Of a stretch of 16,814 nucleotides of DNA, positions 15,904 through 16,814 are shown piece after piece; position 1 is the stretch's first letter, and each line of letters starts with the position of its first letter. A model generated the notes under the pieces. That model worked only from the letters and a program-made list of their open reading frames with translations, was not told the DNA's origin and searched no databases. The DNA comes from an uncultured delta proteobacterium (GTDB lineage: Bacteria; Desulfobacterota; Binatia; UBA9968): assembly GCA_963745835.1 (NCBI GenBank), contig CAVUZH010000006.1, positions 1 to 16,814 of the forward strand, given 5' to 3'. The translations under genes and the position numbers were made by a program.

Positions 15904-16814
15904 ATGGTGCGATCCAAAATTGCCGCCGAGCGTATTCAGTTGCTCAACTCCAGGGCCGTTACCTCCGGCGCGTACGTAGCTTACTGGATGCAACAATCAC
16001 AACGTGCCGAATACAATCACGCGCTGGAGTACGCCATCCAACAAGCCAACGAATTGAAACTGCCCGTCCAAGTCTTTTTCGGTCTCACCGACGATTATCC
16101 CGAGGCCAATCTGCGCCATTACACTTTCATGCTGGAAGGTTTACGGGAAACTCAAGCTGCGCTTGCCGCACGCGGGATCGCGATGGCCATACAGAAAGGT
16201 GATCCGGTAAGCGTTGCAGTCAAAGCCGCCCGCCAAGCTGCGCTCCTTATCTGCGATCGCGGCTACCTGCGTCACCAGAAGAGATGGCGCCGGCAGGTTA
16301 GCGAAAATGCGCCGTGCCGGGTGGTGCAGATCGAGACCGACGTCGTCGCACCGGTCGAGGCGGTTTCCGGCAAGCGGGAGGTGGCCGCACGCACACTCCG
16401 TCCGAAGATCCACCAACAGCTGGGTAAGTATCTTATCGAGATGACCGAAACAAAGGTTGTGCGGCGCAGCGCCCCCGCCAAGCCAACTGGCGTCGATCTT
16501 AGCGAACTGGAAGGGACTCTGAGACAGCTCAAGATCGACCGCAGCGTAACATCGGTAAGCCGCTTTTTTACTGGCGGTTTATCGCAAGCTAAAAAGCGGT
16601 TCGCCACATTCTTACGGAGAAAGCTCGCGCACTACAAAGACAACCGCAATCAGCCGCAAACCGATTACGTATCGAACATGAGCCCATACTTACACTTCGG
16701 TCAGATCTCGCCTCTATATCTGGCGTTGGGCATTTGGCGGCGGCGCGCAGCCGATCGCGCCAACGCCGAGACTTACTTTGAGGAGCTGGTCGTGAGGCGC
16801 GAGTTATCGATGAA
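15904..16814 (+). CDS. phrB: Class II CPD deoxyribodipyrimidine photolyase (3'-truncated by window end; not in ORF track)
   Basis: Manual translation gives YVAYWMQQSQRAEYNHALEYA, FMLEGLRE, AARTLRPKI, SNMSPYLHFGQIS and EELVVRRELSM, all in one frame to the end of the window. Confidence 0.93.
   Translation, partial: MVRSKIAAERIQLLNSRAVTSGAYVAYWMQQSQRAEYNHALEYAIQQANELKLPVQVFFGLTDDYPEANLRHYTFMLEGLRETQAALAARGIAMAIQKGDPVSVAVKAARQAALLICDRGYLRHQKRWRRQVSENAPCRVVQIETDVVAPVEAVSGKREVAARTLRPKIHQQLGKYLIEMTETKVVRRSAPAKPTGVDLSELEGTLRQLKIDRSVTSVSRFFTGGLSQAKKRFATFLRRKLAHYKDNRNQPQTDYVSNMSPYLHFGQISPLYLALGIWRRRAADRANAETYFEELVVRRELSM

Noticed and set aside
15849-16607. ORF-track entries 15849-16202, 16141-16416, 16214-16444, 16272-16607
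   Set aside because: Alternative frames overlapping the photolyase, which the track missed because it has no stop in the window.

Overview
Bacterial chromosomal window. The gene content (orphan Bug/TctC and NitT/TauT solute-binding proteins, a two-domain VOC protein) resembles Deltaproteobacteria/Binatia-type genomes, which is inference only. The left part (1-7421) holds metabolic and transport genes, a REP-like palindrome, a frameshifted PGPGW gene and an unannotated 53-aa zinc-ribbon ORF. The centre (~7420-12100) is an accessory island. It has an orphan gene, a decayed copy of the VOC gene tail, and a decaying integron-cassette-like array with four degenerate attC-like sites and no integrase in the window. 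The array carries an intact TIR-domain gene with an unrecognised N-terminal domain, an intact antitoxin/Doc pair and a frameshifted PD-(D/E)XK nuclease-like pseudogene, so it is a candidate defence cassette array. A complete 1349-bp IS1202-family element with a 17-bp target duplication follows. The right part has another Bug/TctC protein and a stress cluster (ferritin-like protein, DUF2945 protein, class II photolyase running off the end) behind a sigma54-type motif.
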